Origin: an uncultured Chloroflexia bacterium
Lineage (GTDB): Bacteria; Chloroflexota; Limnocylindria; Limnocylindrales; CSP1-4
Assembly: GCA_963752475.1 (NCBI GenBank)
Contig: CAVVYR010000026.1
Location: 1 to 64,000 of the forward strand
Length of the DNA: 64,000 bases
Reading direction: 5' to 3'
In this document: piece after piece, positions 10,988-20,356 of the stretch
How positions within the stretch are numbered: position 1 is the stretch's first letter
How the letters are laid out: the number at the start of each line of letters is the position of its first letter
The notes under the pieces: generated by a model
The model's database searches: none
What the model was told of the DNA's origin: nothing
The model's input: the letters and a program-made list of their open reading frames with translations, nothing else
Program-made: the position numbers and the translations under genes

Positions 10988-11506
10988 ATGACGCAACCGA
11001 AGCACCGTCCCGAACGAGAGAACTTCACCGTCCACGTGGGCGCTGGCACCGCTCAGGCCACGCTGCCCGAGTGGTGGGGCTCGATCGAATCCGGCATCGA
11101 AGCCCGAGCCCTTCGCTTCAGCGAGGACGGCGGCAACTGGATCGAGGAGCAGACCCTGCCCACTGCCCTGGTCGAGGCTGGCGCCCGCCTCAGCGAGGTC
11201 GCCGGCGTGATGGACTTCGAGGGCATCAAGGCCGCCAGCCTCGAGGTCGGCCAGCGCGTACTGCTCAAGCCCGACGCTCAGCCGCAGGACCGCTTCGCCA
11301 TCGCCGTCTGGACCGGTGACGACGCCACACAGGTCGGCTTCCTGCCCAGCAACGTGGCCGCGGAGGTGATGACCATCTCCATGCGTGACCGCACGGGCTT
11401 CGGCGGCTTCGTAGCCCAGGAGGTGCGCGACGCGCAGTCGAAGGAACGGCGTGACGTGACCATCCTCATCGGACCCGGCGTGGTCCACGCCGACCGCACC
11501 GCTTGA
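10988..11506 (+). CDS. Stand-alone HIRAN-like domain protein
   Basis: VAGV...LEVGQRVLLKPDAQPQDRFAIAVW...QVGFLP resembles the HIRAN consensus. Confidence 0.6.
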   Translation: MTQPKHRPERENFTVHVGAGTAQATLPEWWGSIESGIEARALRFSEDGGNWIEEQTLPTALVEAGARLSEVAGVMDFEGIKAASLEVGQRVLLKPDAQPQDRFAIAVWTGDDATQVGFLPSNVAAEVMTISMRDRTGFGGFVAQEVRDAQSKERRDVTILIGPGVVHADRTA

Positions 11507-12525
11507 TCGAGCGGGCGACGCTGGGCGCCGCTGCTCCCGGCCTCGCCCTCGTCGCACTCCTCTCGGCGGTCGCCTATGCCTCGACGCTGATCCTGCCGGA
11601 CATCTTCGGGGCGGTCACGATCGGGCTCTTCCTGGGCATCCTCGTGGCCAACGTCCGCCCGATACCTCGGACGGAGGTCGGCGCCAAGAAGGCCAAGGCC
11701 TGGTTCCTGCCGCTGGGCATCCTGCTGCTCGGCGCCCGACTGAGCCTGGCCGACATCCTCTCGACCGGCATCGGCGCCATCGCCGTGCTCGTCGTCGACA
11801 TCGTGCTCGTGCTAGTGGTGACGCTCGCGATCGGCCGCGCCCTGGGGCTGTCGGAGAAGCTCTCCGCCCTGATCGGTGTCGGCACCAGCATCTGCGGCAA
11901 CACCGCCATCGCGGCCACGGCGCCGGTCATCAAGGCGCCCGAACGCGACGTCTCCTTCGCGGTCGCCACGATCACGCTCTTCGGCACCGCCGCGGTCATC
12001 GTCTACCCGCTCATCGGGCATGCCCTGGGGATGTCCGACAACCTCTTCGGTCACTGGGTCGGCGCCGCCGTCAACGACACCAGCCAGGTCACCGCCACGG
12101 CCTTCAGCTACTCGGTCGAGGCGGGGGAGACGGCCACCATCGTCAAGCTCACGCGCAACACGTTGATGGTGCCGGTCATCTTCACGGTAGGCATGTGGTT
12201 CGCTGCCCGCGAGTCGCGCCAGACCGGGACCGATGAGCGCCGCTCGTGGCTGGCGTCCGCACGCAAGGCGGTGCCCACGTTCCTCATCGGCTTCCTCGCG
12301 TTGGCATTGCTCAACTCGGCCGGCTTCATCCCCGACGAGCTGGCCACGCTGCTCACCCGCATCTCACAGGTGCTCATCGTCATGGCCCTCGTCGGCGTCG
12401 GCTTGACGACGAAGATCTCCGCCCTGCGGCAGACCGGTCCGGCGCCGTTCCTCATGGGCCTCGCCGTGGCCGTCATGCTGGCAGTCGTGAGCCTCGGCCT
12501 GTTCGTGCTCATCGGGGTCGAGTAG
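11503..12525 (+). CDS. YeiH/UPF0324 putative sulfate exporter family membrane protein
   Basis: GTSICGNTAIAA, GAAVNDTSQV and VKLTRN motifs; start overlaps the upstream stop. Confidence 0.9.
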   Translation: MIERATLGAAAPGLALVALLSAVAYASTLILPDIFGAVTIGLFLGILVANVRPIPRTEVGAKKAKAWFLPLGILLLGARLSLADILSTGIGAIAVLVVDIVLVLVVTLAIGRALGLSEKLSALIGVGTSICGNTAIAATAPVIKAPERDVSFAVATITLFGTAAVIVYPLIGHALGMSDNLFGHWVGAAVNDTSQVTATAFSYSVEAGETATIVKLTRNTLMVPVIFTVGMWFAARESRQTGTDERRSWLASARKAVPTFLIGFLALALLNSAGFIPDELATLLTRISQVLIVMALVGVGLTTKISALRQTGPAPFLMGLAVAVMLAVVSLGLFVLIGVE

Positions 12526-12684
12526 TCCCGCAGGAGTGACCGCGCGCCCGGCCTGGCTGCGGGCTGGACGCACTCGCGGGCCGCTGACCGGTACCAGTCC
12601 ATCGGTTGTACCGACGCACCAGTACTTCTCGGCTAAGCACGGTCACCTATTCCAAACTCAGCCCGCGAGCCTCAGACTCTGGGG

Positions 12685-14112
12685 GTGACGACCGAACGAC
12701 CGTGCCCTGCGTGCGGCGCACCCGTGCCCGCCGATGTGTCGTTCTGTGGTCGGTGTGACTCGCTCATGCCCTCGACCGCAGACCGCCAGCCTCACGCAGG
12801 TCTCGCTGTGCCCCCCGAACCGCAGACCCCGGCTGACCCCGCCGAGCCCAGCGGCCAGCCCACCGCGCCGCATGTCCCCGTCGTGCCCTCCCGCACGATC
12901 GACTGCTGGAGCTGCGACACGCCCAACACGCCCAGCCGCATGTTCTGCGTGAGCTGTGGCTCGTTCATCGCCATCGGTTCGCAGGCCAAGTCCGCGCCGG
13001 GAGGCGAGCCGTTCTCCGGACCGCCGCCGGTCCCCGGTGATGCCGACGTGGACGTTTCCCTGCCGCTCATCTCGGGTGTTGCGCCGTTGGGCTCGTATTC
13101 GGTCGAGGAGCAGCGACGGGCCACGCGCCGGACGCGGGTGATGACGGCCGTGACCTCGGTCGTGCTGGCCATGGTCATCGGCGCGGCCGCCCTCTACGTG
13201 GCCCTGCCGGTGAGCGATCGCGATGGTGCGCCCGAGATGGCCGCTGTGGTCCCGGCCACGACCGAGCCTCCGCCCAACGAAGAGACCGGCGCCGTGAGCG
13301 GTATCACGGTCCGGCCGGAGCCCGTGGCCGCCGCTGAGGCCGTGGTCGAACCCGAACCCGAACCCGTGGTCGAACCCGAACCCGTGGTCGAACCCGAACC
13401 CGTGGTCGAACCCGAACCAGAGCCCGTGGTCGAACCAGAGCCCGTGGTCGAACCAGACCCTGAGCCGATCGTCGAGCCGGAGCCGATCGTCGAGCCCGAA
13501 GCCGCCGAGGAGCCCGAACCCCAGCCTGTCGTCCAGGCCCGACCGGTCGTCGAACCAGCCGAGCCCGACGTCGTAGCCGAGCCCGAGGTCAGCGCACCCG
13601 AAGAGCCTGCCGCAGCGTCCGCGGAGAAGAAGCCCAACGGCTACGACGGCGGCTGGGTCTGTAACTCGGAGATCGTCATCGAGGACAGTCGGCTGCGGGA
13701 CTGGTCGATCAGGAGTGTCTCGTTCCGCCCGCGCACCGGTTTCGAGCGCGTCGTGCTGGGGCTCGTGCGCGATGGCCCCGGCTCGGGTGAATCGCCTTCG
13801 ATCACGGCGCTCTCGATGGGCAGCTGGAAGGTCGAGGACAACATCGCCAACGCCGCCCGACCTGGCCTGGGACGCCGCTCGATCGTGTTGGAGCTCGACG
13901 ACGGTTTCACCGAGGCACCTGTCCTGCGTCGCTATCGCCCCGGCGGTCTCGACATCATCAAGGAGTTCTCCATCTACCGCGTCGGCGGTGACGGCCGCAG
14001 CGCCGTCATCTCGGCCGATACGAATGGCTGCTATCGCGTGCGTGTCCCGGGCTGGGATGACCCATCGGCCAGCGTCCGTCGCGCCGAGATCCACGTCGAT
14101 ATCAGGCCGTAG
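12685..14112 (+). CDS. Membrane-anchored protein: two zinc ribbons, TM helix, VVEPEP repeat stalk, C-terminal extracellular (AMIN-like) domain
   Basis: CPAC..CGRC and CWSC..CVSC; hydrophobic helix near aa 152-173; Pro/Glu repeat; FERVVL motif in the C-terminal domain. Confidence 0.75.
   Translation: MTTERPCPACGAPVPADVSFCGRCDSLMPSTADRQPHAGLAVPPEPQTPADPAEPSGQPTAPHVPVVPSRTIDCWSCDTPNTPSRMFCVSCGSFIAIGSQAKSAPGGEPFSGPPPVPGDADVDVSLPLISGVAPLGSYSVEEQRRATRRTRVMTAVTSVVLAMVIGAAALYVALPVSDRDGAPEMAAVVPATTEPPPNEETGAVSGITVRPEPVAAAEAVVEPEPEPVVEPEPVVEPEPVVEPEPEPVVEPEPVVEPDPEPIVEPEPIVEPEAAEEPEPQPVVQARPVVEPAEPDVVAEPEVSAPEEPAAASAEKKPNGYDGGWVCNSEIVIEDSRLRDWSIRSVSFRPRTGFERVVLGLVRDGPGSGESPSITALSMGSWKVEDNIANAARPGLGRRSIVLELDDGFTEAPVLRRYRPGGLDIIKEFSIYRVGGDGRSAVISADTNGCYRVRVPGWDDPSASVRRAEIHVDIRP
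13340..13500 (+). repeat. Coding tandem repeat, 18-bp unit CCCGTGGTCGAACCCGAA (PVVEPE) with 6-bp variants
   Basis: About 8 degenerate units seen directly, in frame within ORF 12685-14112. Confidence 0.9.
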
Positions 14113-14137
14113 TCAGCACATCCGTCCGCCGTGAACC

Positions 14138-14178
14138 GTGTGCCGGCGCCGGGGTCCGAGCCCCTGGCGCCGGTGCAC
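14138..14178. terminator. Hairpin between convergent genes (probable terminator)
   Basis: CCGGCGCCGGGG (14143-14154) pairs with CCCTGGCGCCGG (14162-14173); no U-tract. Confidence 0.5.
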
Positions 14179-14193
14179 GACCGAGAGCTCCGA

Positions 14194-14826
14194 TCAGGCC
14201 GTCGTCGCGTCCGAGTCGAACGCCGCCGTGGCGAAGAGCACGCCGAAGGCCTTGCACCACACGACGGCGCTGGCGATGTCGTCGATGCTGACTTCGGGCG
14301 GGATCTCGTAGCTGAAGGTGCCGTCGGTGGCCTTGAGGCCGCCGAGGTTCACGGCCTCCTCGGTCCAGCCATCAGGGTCGGGTGAGACGTAGACGAAGAG
14401 GTCGGGTCCGTTCTGGACACTGAAGTCCTCGAGCACCAGGCTCAGGGAGCCATCAGCCGATTCGACGATACGGGCACCGCCGCTGCCGAAGTGGAAGTCG
14501 TCTGCGCCCTGCCACTCACCGCTCACGAGCGTGGCCGCGGTTCCGCCGGTCGAGGCAGCCACGGCAACGGGAGTCTCTTCCACGAGCTCGGTGCGGAGGA
14601 AGAGGGGAGAGCCCAGGACCCAGCCCAGGGGCCCCGCGACCGCGAGGACGAGGAGCAGCCCGACCACGACGGGACGGGGATGGGTACGAGCGGCGGCGAA
14701 CCAGCCGCGCCGCCAGGCGATGAGGACGAAGAGGGCCATACCCACCACGAGCGCGATGGCAAGGGGCACGCGGACGGGCCAGATGACGTCCACGAAGAAG
14801 CGCTCGAGATCACCGAAGATTTCCAT
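14194..14826 (-). CDS. DM13 domain membrane protein
   Basis: Two N-terminal TM helices; HFGSG, NGPDLFVYVS, LGGLKATDG and VVWCKAFGVLFATA motifs. Confidence 0.88.
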   Translation of the reverse strand: MEIFGDLERFFVDVIWPVRVPLAIALVVGMALFVLIAWRRGWFAAARTHPRPVVVGLLLVLAVAGPLGWVLGSPLFLRTELVEETPVAVAASTGGTAATLVSGEWQGADDFHFGSGGARIVESADGSLSLVLEDFSVQNGPDLFVYVSPDPDGWTEEAVNLGGLKATDGTFSYEIPPEVSIDDIASAVVWCKAFGVLFATAAFDSDATTA

Positions 14827-14898
14827 GGCTCGACCCTAGCCAATGCCTCGTGACGGGTCCGTGTCAGCGACGTGGCGTCTCTGTGACGCCGATGACGT

Positions 14899-15963
14899 CT
14901 AGAAGAAGAGCGTGCGTGCCAGGGCCAGTGAGGCCAGCGAGATCGACACCGTGGCGATGAGCAGGGACATGCGCGTGCGGCCCAGTCGGCTCGTGAGCAC
15001 GGCACCCGGCAGCATCGTGGCCAGCGAGGCCGTGAGGATGACCGGCACCAGCTCCCACTGCGGCACTACGTCCGCGAACTGGCCCGAGCCGGTACTCAAC
15101 AGGATGAATGCGCTGACCACAGCGGCCGCGGCCATGAAGATGCGCCCGAAGACAGAAGAGCCCACGGCGATCCGCGGCTCGATGCGCGAGAGGATCAGCA
15201 GCGTCACGCCCATCGGGCCCCAGCCGGCACCGGAGATGCCACTGAACATGCCCGAGAGTGTGCCGATGCCGCTGATACGCACGCTGGGCACGTCTTCGGG
15301 GTCGCGTGTGACCTGCATCTGCTTCAGCGGCAGGCTCACCAGCAGCAACACCGCGCCGATGATGATGAGCACCTCTACCACCACGGCGATGGCCTGGGCG
15401 TCGAAGACCGAGGCCACCACCGGTCCCAGCACCGCGCCGATGATGCCGCCGATGACCAGCGGGATGACGATCGGCCGGGACACGTTGCCCAGGCGCACGT
15501 GCGCGCTGGCCCCGAAGGGCACGATGAGCACCTGCAGGAAGAGCGAGAGGGGAGCGGCGAACAGCGGGCTCACGCCCATCAGCAGCAGGCCCGGCACGAG
15601 CACGCCGCCATACACACCGACCGAGGTCAGCGCGATACCGGCAGCGAGGCCCACCAGCCAGGCACCGACGATGAGCGGGTTGTCATCCGCGGGTGTCAGG
15701 AACAGCGTCAGCGCAAGCGCGATGACCGTGATGACCGAGGCCACGACGGTGGCCGCGAACTGCCGCGGGCCGATGTCGATCTTGTAGCGGATGGTGCGAA
15801 CCCACTGGGGTTCCTTCTCCCAGATCCCCGGGAGATAGGCCGGCTTGCGCTTGGCGCGGTTGTGGGGGATGGCGGGGCCTTCGGCGGGGTCGCCATCGGG
15901 GCCTGTGCCCACAGACTGCCCGGATCGGTCGGTCAGTTCCTCGGTCGAGGTCGTGTCGCTCAC
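14899..15963 (-). CDS. TauE/SafE family sulfite exporter
   Basis: Multi-TM; GVYGGVLVP and GISGAGWGP repeats; divergent from cysD. Start codon uncertain (GTG 15963 chosen). Confidence 0.8.
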   Translation of the reverse strand: MSDTTSTEELTDRSGQSVGTGPDGDPAEGPAIPHNRAKRKPAYLPGIWEKEPQWVRTIRYKIDIGPRQFAATVVASVITVIALALTLFLTPADDNPLIVGAWLVGLAAGIALTSVGVYGGVLVPGLLLMGVSPLFAAPLSLFLQVLIVPFGASAHVRLGNVSRPIVIPLVIGGIIGAVLGPVVASVFDAQAIAVVVEVLIIIGAVLLLVSLPLKQMQVTRDPEDVPSVRISGIGTLSGMFSGISGAGWGPMGVTLLILSRIEPRIAVGSSVFGRIFMAAAAVVSAFILLSTGSGQFADVVPQWELVPVILTASLATMLPGAVLTSRLGRTRMSLLIATVSISLASLALARTLFF

Positions 15964-16020
15964 GTGTCCCTGCGCTCGCTCACTGCTTCGGCCGCGCGTG
16001 GGCGGCGCATCCAAGATGTG

Positions 16021-16074
16021 GGTATACTCCCACTTACCTGAGTATCCCGATAATGTCTATCACTTCGGTCGGGA
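16021..16074. promoter_or_regulatory. Inverted repeats in the tauE/cysD divergent promoter (candidate operator)
   Basis: AT-richer patch; ATACTC-N10-GAGTAT (16024-16045) and TCCCGA-N18-TCGGGA (16045-16074). Confidence 0.45.
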
Positions 16075-16137
16075 AAGGGTAGCATAGCGACGAGACGTCG
16101 TCGCGGAGACGCTGAAGCAGAGGTCGACCCCCACGAG

Positions 16138-17073
16138 ATGATCGAAACGAGACCGGCAGGCGAGCGCGCTATCGCGCACCGTGCCACGCACCTGGACGCC
16201 CTCGAGGCGGAAGCCATCTTCATCATGCGCGAGGTCGCGGCCGAGTTCCAGCGCCCGTGCCTCCTCTTCTCAGGTGGCAAGGACAGCATCGTCCTGCTGC
16301 GTATCGCTGAGAAGGCGTTCCGTCCGGCGAAGTTCCCCTTCCCGATCATGCACATCGACACCGGGCACAACTTCCCGGAGGTCCTCGAGTTCCGCGACCG
16401 CCGTGTCGAGGAGCTGGGTGAGCGCCTGATCGTGGCCTCGGTCCAGGAGTCCATCGACAAGGGTCGCGTGCGCGAGGAGCCGGGCAACCCCTCCCGCAAT
16501 CGCCTCCAGACCACGACCCTGCTCGACGCGGTCATCGAGCACAAGTTCGACGCCCTCTTCGGTGGCGCTCGCCGTGACGAGGAGAAGGCCCGTGCCAAGG
16601 AGCGCGTCTTCAGCCTCCGCGACGAGTTCGGCCAGTGGGAGCCCCGCAGCCAGCGTCCCGAGCTGTGGTCGCTGTACAACGGCCGCATCAGCCAGGGTCA
16701 GCACATGCGCGTGTTCCCCATCTCCAACTGGACCGAGATGGACGTCTGGCAGTACATCGAGCGCGAGGGCATCGAGGTGCCGCACATCTACTTCGCCCAC
16801 GAGCGCGAGGTCTTCCGCCGCGACGGCATGTGGCTGTCGATCGGCCCGCACCTCGAGCCGGGCCCCGATGAGTCGGTCGAGAAGCAGATCGTGCGCTATC
16901 GCACGGTCGGCGACATGACCTGCACCGGCGCGGTCAACTCCGACGCCGCCAGCCTCGAAGACATCATCGCCGAGACCGCTGCCGCCCGGATCACCGAGCG
17001 CGGCGCCACCCGTGCCGACGACTCCTTCAGTGAGACGGCCATGGAAGACCGCAAGAAGGAAGGCTACTTCTAG
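16138..17073 (+). CDS. cysD: Sulfate adenylyltransferase subunit 2
   Basis: LFSGGKDS, HIDTGHNF, GGARRDEEKARAKER and terminal MEDRKKEGYF. Confidence 0.97.
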   Translation: MIETRPAGERAIAHRATHLDALEAEAIFIMREVAAEFQRPCLLFSGGKDSIVLLRIAEKAFRPAKFPFPIMHIDTGHNFPEVLEFRDRRVEELGERLIVASVQESIDKGRVREEPGNPSRNRLQTTTLLDAVIEHKFDALFGGARRDEEKARAKERVFSLRDEFGQWEPRSQRPELWSLYNGRISQGQHMRVFPISNWTEMDVWQYIEREGIEVPHIYFAHEREVFRRDGMWLSIGPHLEPGPDESVEKQIVRYRTVGDMTCTGAVNSDAASLEDIIAETAAARITERGATRADDSFSETAMEDRKKEGYF

Positions 17074-17074
17074 C

Positions 17075-18367
17075 ATGGATCTGCTTCGTTTCTCCACCGC
17101 CGGTTCGGTCGACGACGGCAAGTCCACACTCATCGGGCGCCTGCTCTACGACTCCAAGGGGATCTTCGAGGATCAACTGCAGGCCATCGAGCGCACCAGC
17201 GCGGCCCGCGGTAACCATCAGGTCGACCTCGCACTCCTGACCGACGGCCTCCGGGCCGAGCGGGAGCAGGGCATCACCATCGACGTGGCCTACCGCTACT
17301 TCGCCACGCCCAAGCGCAAGTTCATCATCGCGGACACCCCCGGCCACGTGCAGTACACGCGCAACATGGTCACGGGCGCTTCTACCGCGGACCTTGCCAT
17401 CGTGCTCATCGACGCTCGCAACGGCGTCCTCGAGCAGTCCCATCGCCACGCCTTCATCGCGGCCCTGCTGGGCATCCCGCACATCGTGGTGGCGGTCAAC
17501 AAGATGGACCTCGTCGGCTACGACGAGGAGGTCTACAACCGCATCACCGCCGAGTTCGCCGACTGGGCCGCCAAGCTCGACGTCCATGACATCCAGTTCA
17601 TCCCCATCAGTGCCCTGCACGGGGACAACGTCGTGCAGCGCTCGATGGCCATGCCCTGGTACCAGGGTCCGTCGATGCTGTACCACCTGGAGCACGTCTA
17701 CATCGGCTCCGATGTGAACCTCATCGACGTGCGCTTCCCGGTCCAGTGGGTCGTGCGTCCACAGAGCGATGAGCACCACGACTTCCGTGGCTACGCCGGC
17801 CAGATCGCCTCGGGCACCTTCAAGAAGGGTGACGACGTGGTCGTGCTGCCCTCGGGCAAGAGGTCGAAGGTCAAGGCCATCAGCACCTTCGACGGCGAGC
17901 TCGAGGTGGCCAGCCCTCCGCTGTCGGTGATCATGCAGCTCGAGGACGACGTCGATGTCGCCCGCGGCGACCTCATCTGCCGGCCGCACAACCAGCCGGA
18001 GGTCACCAACGACTTCGAGGCCATGGTCGCCTGGATGGCCGATGAACCGCTCCGTCCGGGCGGCCGATACATCATCAAGCACGCCACCCGCTCGGCCAAG
18101 GCCATCGTCGACGACATGCGCTATCGCATGGACGTGAACACGCTCCAGCGTGATCAGTCGGTCGATGAGCTCGTACTCAACGAGATCGGTCGCGTACGCA
18201 TCCGAACCAGCACTCCGCTGCTGCTCGACGAGTACCGCCTCTCGCGTGCCACCGGCGGCTTCATCCTCATCGATGAGGCCACCAGCGACACCGTCGGGGC
18301 TGGCATGGTCGTGCGTACCCAGCCGGAGCCTGAGCTCGACCTCGAAGAGGCGGAAACGGCCGCCTAG
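17075..18367 (+). CDS. cysN: Sulfate adenylyltransferase subunit 1 (GTPase, no fused APS kinase)
   Basis: TAGSVDDGKSTLIGRL, EQGITIDVAYRYF, DTPGH and NKMD; ATG 1 nt after the cysD stop. Confidence 0.97.
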   Translation: MDLLRFSTAGSVDDGKSTLIGRLLYDSKGIFEDQLQAIERTSAARGNHQVDLALLTDGLRAEREQGITIDVAYRYFATPKRKFIIADTPGHVQYTRNMVTGASTADLAIVLIDARNGVLEQSHRHAFIAALLGIPHIVVAVNKMDLVGYDEEVYNRITAEFADWAAKLDVHDIQFIPISALHGDNVVQRSMAMPWYQGPSMLYHLEHVYIGSDVNLIDVRFPVQWVVRPQSDEHHDFRGYAGQIASGTFKKGDDVVVLPSGKRSKVKAISTFDGELEVASPPLSVIMQLEDDVDVARGDLICRPHNQPEVTNDFEAMVAWMADEPLRPGGRYIIKHATRSAKAIVDDMRYRMDVNTLQRDQSVDELVLNEIGRVRIRTSTPLLLDEYRLSRATGGFILIDEATSDTVGAGMVVRTQPEPELDLEEAETAA

Positions 18368-18809
18368 AACGACCACACCGGGTGGGACGCCGCCCGCAAC
18401 CCGCACGCTCACCGCGGTGGGCCCCACTGCCCAGGGGCTCACCGCGTTCTCTTTGCCTACCGCAAGCCCGCCGAGGCGACCGGCCGTGGCGCTGCCGTTG
18501 CAGCGTGTCTCACGGGAAAGGCCACACGACCGGCCGGCGCGCTCTATCGCGTCATTCGTCCCACCGCTCGGGGGACACTCCTCACCACGGCGGCCCAGGC
18601 GGCGCTCCGCGGTCGAATGGCCTCCTGCGTGAGTCATCCGACGGCCACATCCTCACCCGCCGGACGATCAGCCTTCCACACGGGCCATCCGGCGGCCACA
18701 CATCTCGACGCATGTCGTGAGGGCCGCCGTGCGGGATGCTCGCGAGCCGTACTCGAGGCGTCCTGGTGCCGCGTCAGCCACTACCGCCGAGCGGCCGTAT
18801 CATCGGTGC

Positions 18810-19937
18810 GTGACAGATTCGAGATCCGCGCCGGGACCCGGCCCCTCGGTCTGCCCGTTCGTGGCGCTCGCCGAGGACCGTGATCGGCGAGCGGACACGC
18901 CGGACGATGGCAACCGGTGCTATGCCGAACGGGCGCCCCGGCGTCGCGACTTGGCATACCAGTCGGACTACTGCTACTCGCCCGAGTTCTCATCGTGCTC
19001 GGTCTTCCTCTCGTGGGCCGCACGCAACGCGGCCGAGCCCGCCTTCGTGACCGACGCGGCACAGAGGGCCTGGGGCTCCGGCATCACCGCACCGCAGGAC
19101 CCACTCGCCACCGACGAGCTGAGCCCCGATGCCGAGGACGAGCAGGAGCTGCCATCACCCTCTCCCGAGGGCGGTCTCTTCGGTGCCACGGCCGAGCCGG
19201 ACGATCCCGACCAGGTCAAGACCAACGAGCAGCTCGACTGGGTCTCGGCCACCGCCTGGTCCGAGGCGCCCTGGGATGAGCGTGCCGAACTGGAAGCCGA
19301 AGAGCTCGAGGAGCTCGAGGCCGAGGAGCTGGCCTTCGGGCTCGAGGTAGCCGAGGACGCCGACGAAGACGACGAGCCCGAGCCAGAGGAGGCGACCCAG
19401 GCTCCGAAGGTGCCGGCCGCCCTACCCATACGCAAGCGCAAGCCGCCGCAGGAGCCGATCCGCTCGCGTGGCTCAGGCGAGTGGTTCTACGCCGATCCGC
19501 CCGGCCGCGACCCGCTGGTCAGCCGGCGCTACGGCGTCACGCCTCAGATCCTGCTGGCGGTGCTGGGTCTCCTGCTCGTCTCCATCGTCGTCTTCCTCAT
19601 CGCGGCCTCGCTCGGTGGTGGCGACGAGCAGCCGATGGCAGCAGCCTCGCCCTCGCCCGACCCCTCCGCAGCCGTGGCCACGCTGGCGCCGGCCGTGACC
19701 CCTGGGCCCAGCCTCGAGCCCGAACCCACGCCGACGCCGAAGCGCAAGACCTACAAGGTCAAGTCCGGCGACTCCCTCACCGGCATCGCCGCCAGGTTCG
19801 ACGTCAAGGTCAACCACCTGCAGTGCCTCAACGGCATCACCAACAAGAACATCGTCGTCCTCGGTGCCAGGCTGCAGATCCCGCCCGAGGGCTTCAGCTG
19901 TCCACAGGGCTGGCGGAACGCGACGCCCGAGCCGTAG
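18810..19937 (+). CDS. LysM-domain membrane protein with N-terminal four-Cys cluster
   Basis: VCPF..NRCY..YCY..SCSVF; acidic linker; one TM; YKVKSGDSLTGIAARF..LNGI..GARLQIP LysM. Confidence 0.85.
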   Translation: MTDSRSAPGPGPSVCPFVALAEDRDRRADTPDDGNRCYAERAPRRRDLAYQSDYCYSPEFSSCSVFLSWAARNAAEPAFVTDAAQRAWGSGITAPQDPLATDELSPDAEDEQELPSPSPEGGLFGATAEPDDPDQVKTNEQLDWVSATAWSEAPWDERAELEAEELEELEAEELAFGLEVAEDADEDDEPEPEEATQAPKVPAALPIRKRKPPQEPIRSRGSGEWFYADPPGRDPLVSRRYGVTPQILLAVLGLLLVSIVVFLIAASLGGGDEQPMAAASPSPDPSAAVATLAPAVTPGPSLEPEPTPTPKRKTYKVKSGDSLTGIAARFDVKVNHLQCLNGITNKNIVVLGARLQIPPEGFSCPQGWRNATPEP

Positions 19938-19986
19938 GTGCGGCGATGCCGCGCACGCCCGAGCCGTAAGAGCGGCGATGCCGCGC
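19923..19986 (+). repeat. 32-bp tandem duplication covering the LysM gene 3' end
   Basis: ACGCCCGAGCCGTAGGTGCGGCGATGCCGCGC followed by ACGCCCGAGCCGTAAGAGCGGCGATGCCGCGC (30/32 identical). Confidence 0.9.
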
Positions 19987-19994
19987 GGGGGAGG

Positions 19995-20324
19995 CTAGTT
20001 CGAGGCGAAGTTGATGGTGGTGATCTTGCCGGCCTCGATGCGGAAGGTGGCGTCGAGGTGCTGCGAGGGCGCATCCGGACGGATCACCAGCAGGTCGGCC
20101 TCGTAGGTGTTGCCCATATCGCGGACCTCGCCCGGCACCATCTTCAGGCCGGCATCACCGCGCAGGAACCAGCCGCCGACCTGGGCTACGCCACGCAGCG
20201 TTCGGAACCCGTCGCGCACGTGCACACGCATCTCGATCCTCTCGTCCATGAGCTCGACCGCACCCTCACGATCACCGTCATTCAGCTTCTCGAAGAAGAT
20301 CTCCATCGTGTCTGTCGCACCCAT
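19995..20324 (-). CDS. SnoaL/NTF2-like small protein
   Basis: FFEKLNDGDREGAVELMD..LRGVAQV..FRIEAGKITTI pattern. Confidence 0.7.
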   Translation of the reverse strand: MGATDTMEIFFEKLNDGDREGAVELMDERIEMRVHVRDGFRTLRGVAQVGGWFLRGDAGLKMVPGEVRDMGNTYEADLLVIRPDAPSQHLDATFRIEAGKITTINFASN

Positions 20325-20356
20325 GGCTACAGACTAGGCGACCTGCGCCAACGCTG

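Noticed and set aside
10892-11557. 441-aa ORF 10232-11557 as a fused methyltransferase
   Set aside because: Its N-terminal half is antisense to the HIRAN-like gene; the real start at 10891 has a -10 signature.
13340-13500. Regular repeats resembling a CRISPR array
   Set aside because: No unique spacers; units are multiples of 3, in frame in a CDS; no cas genes in the window.
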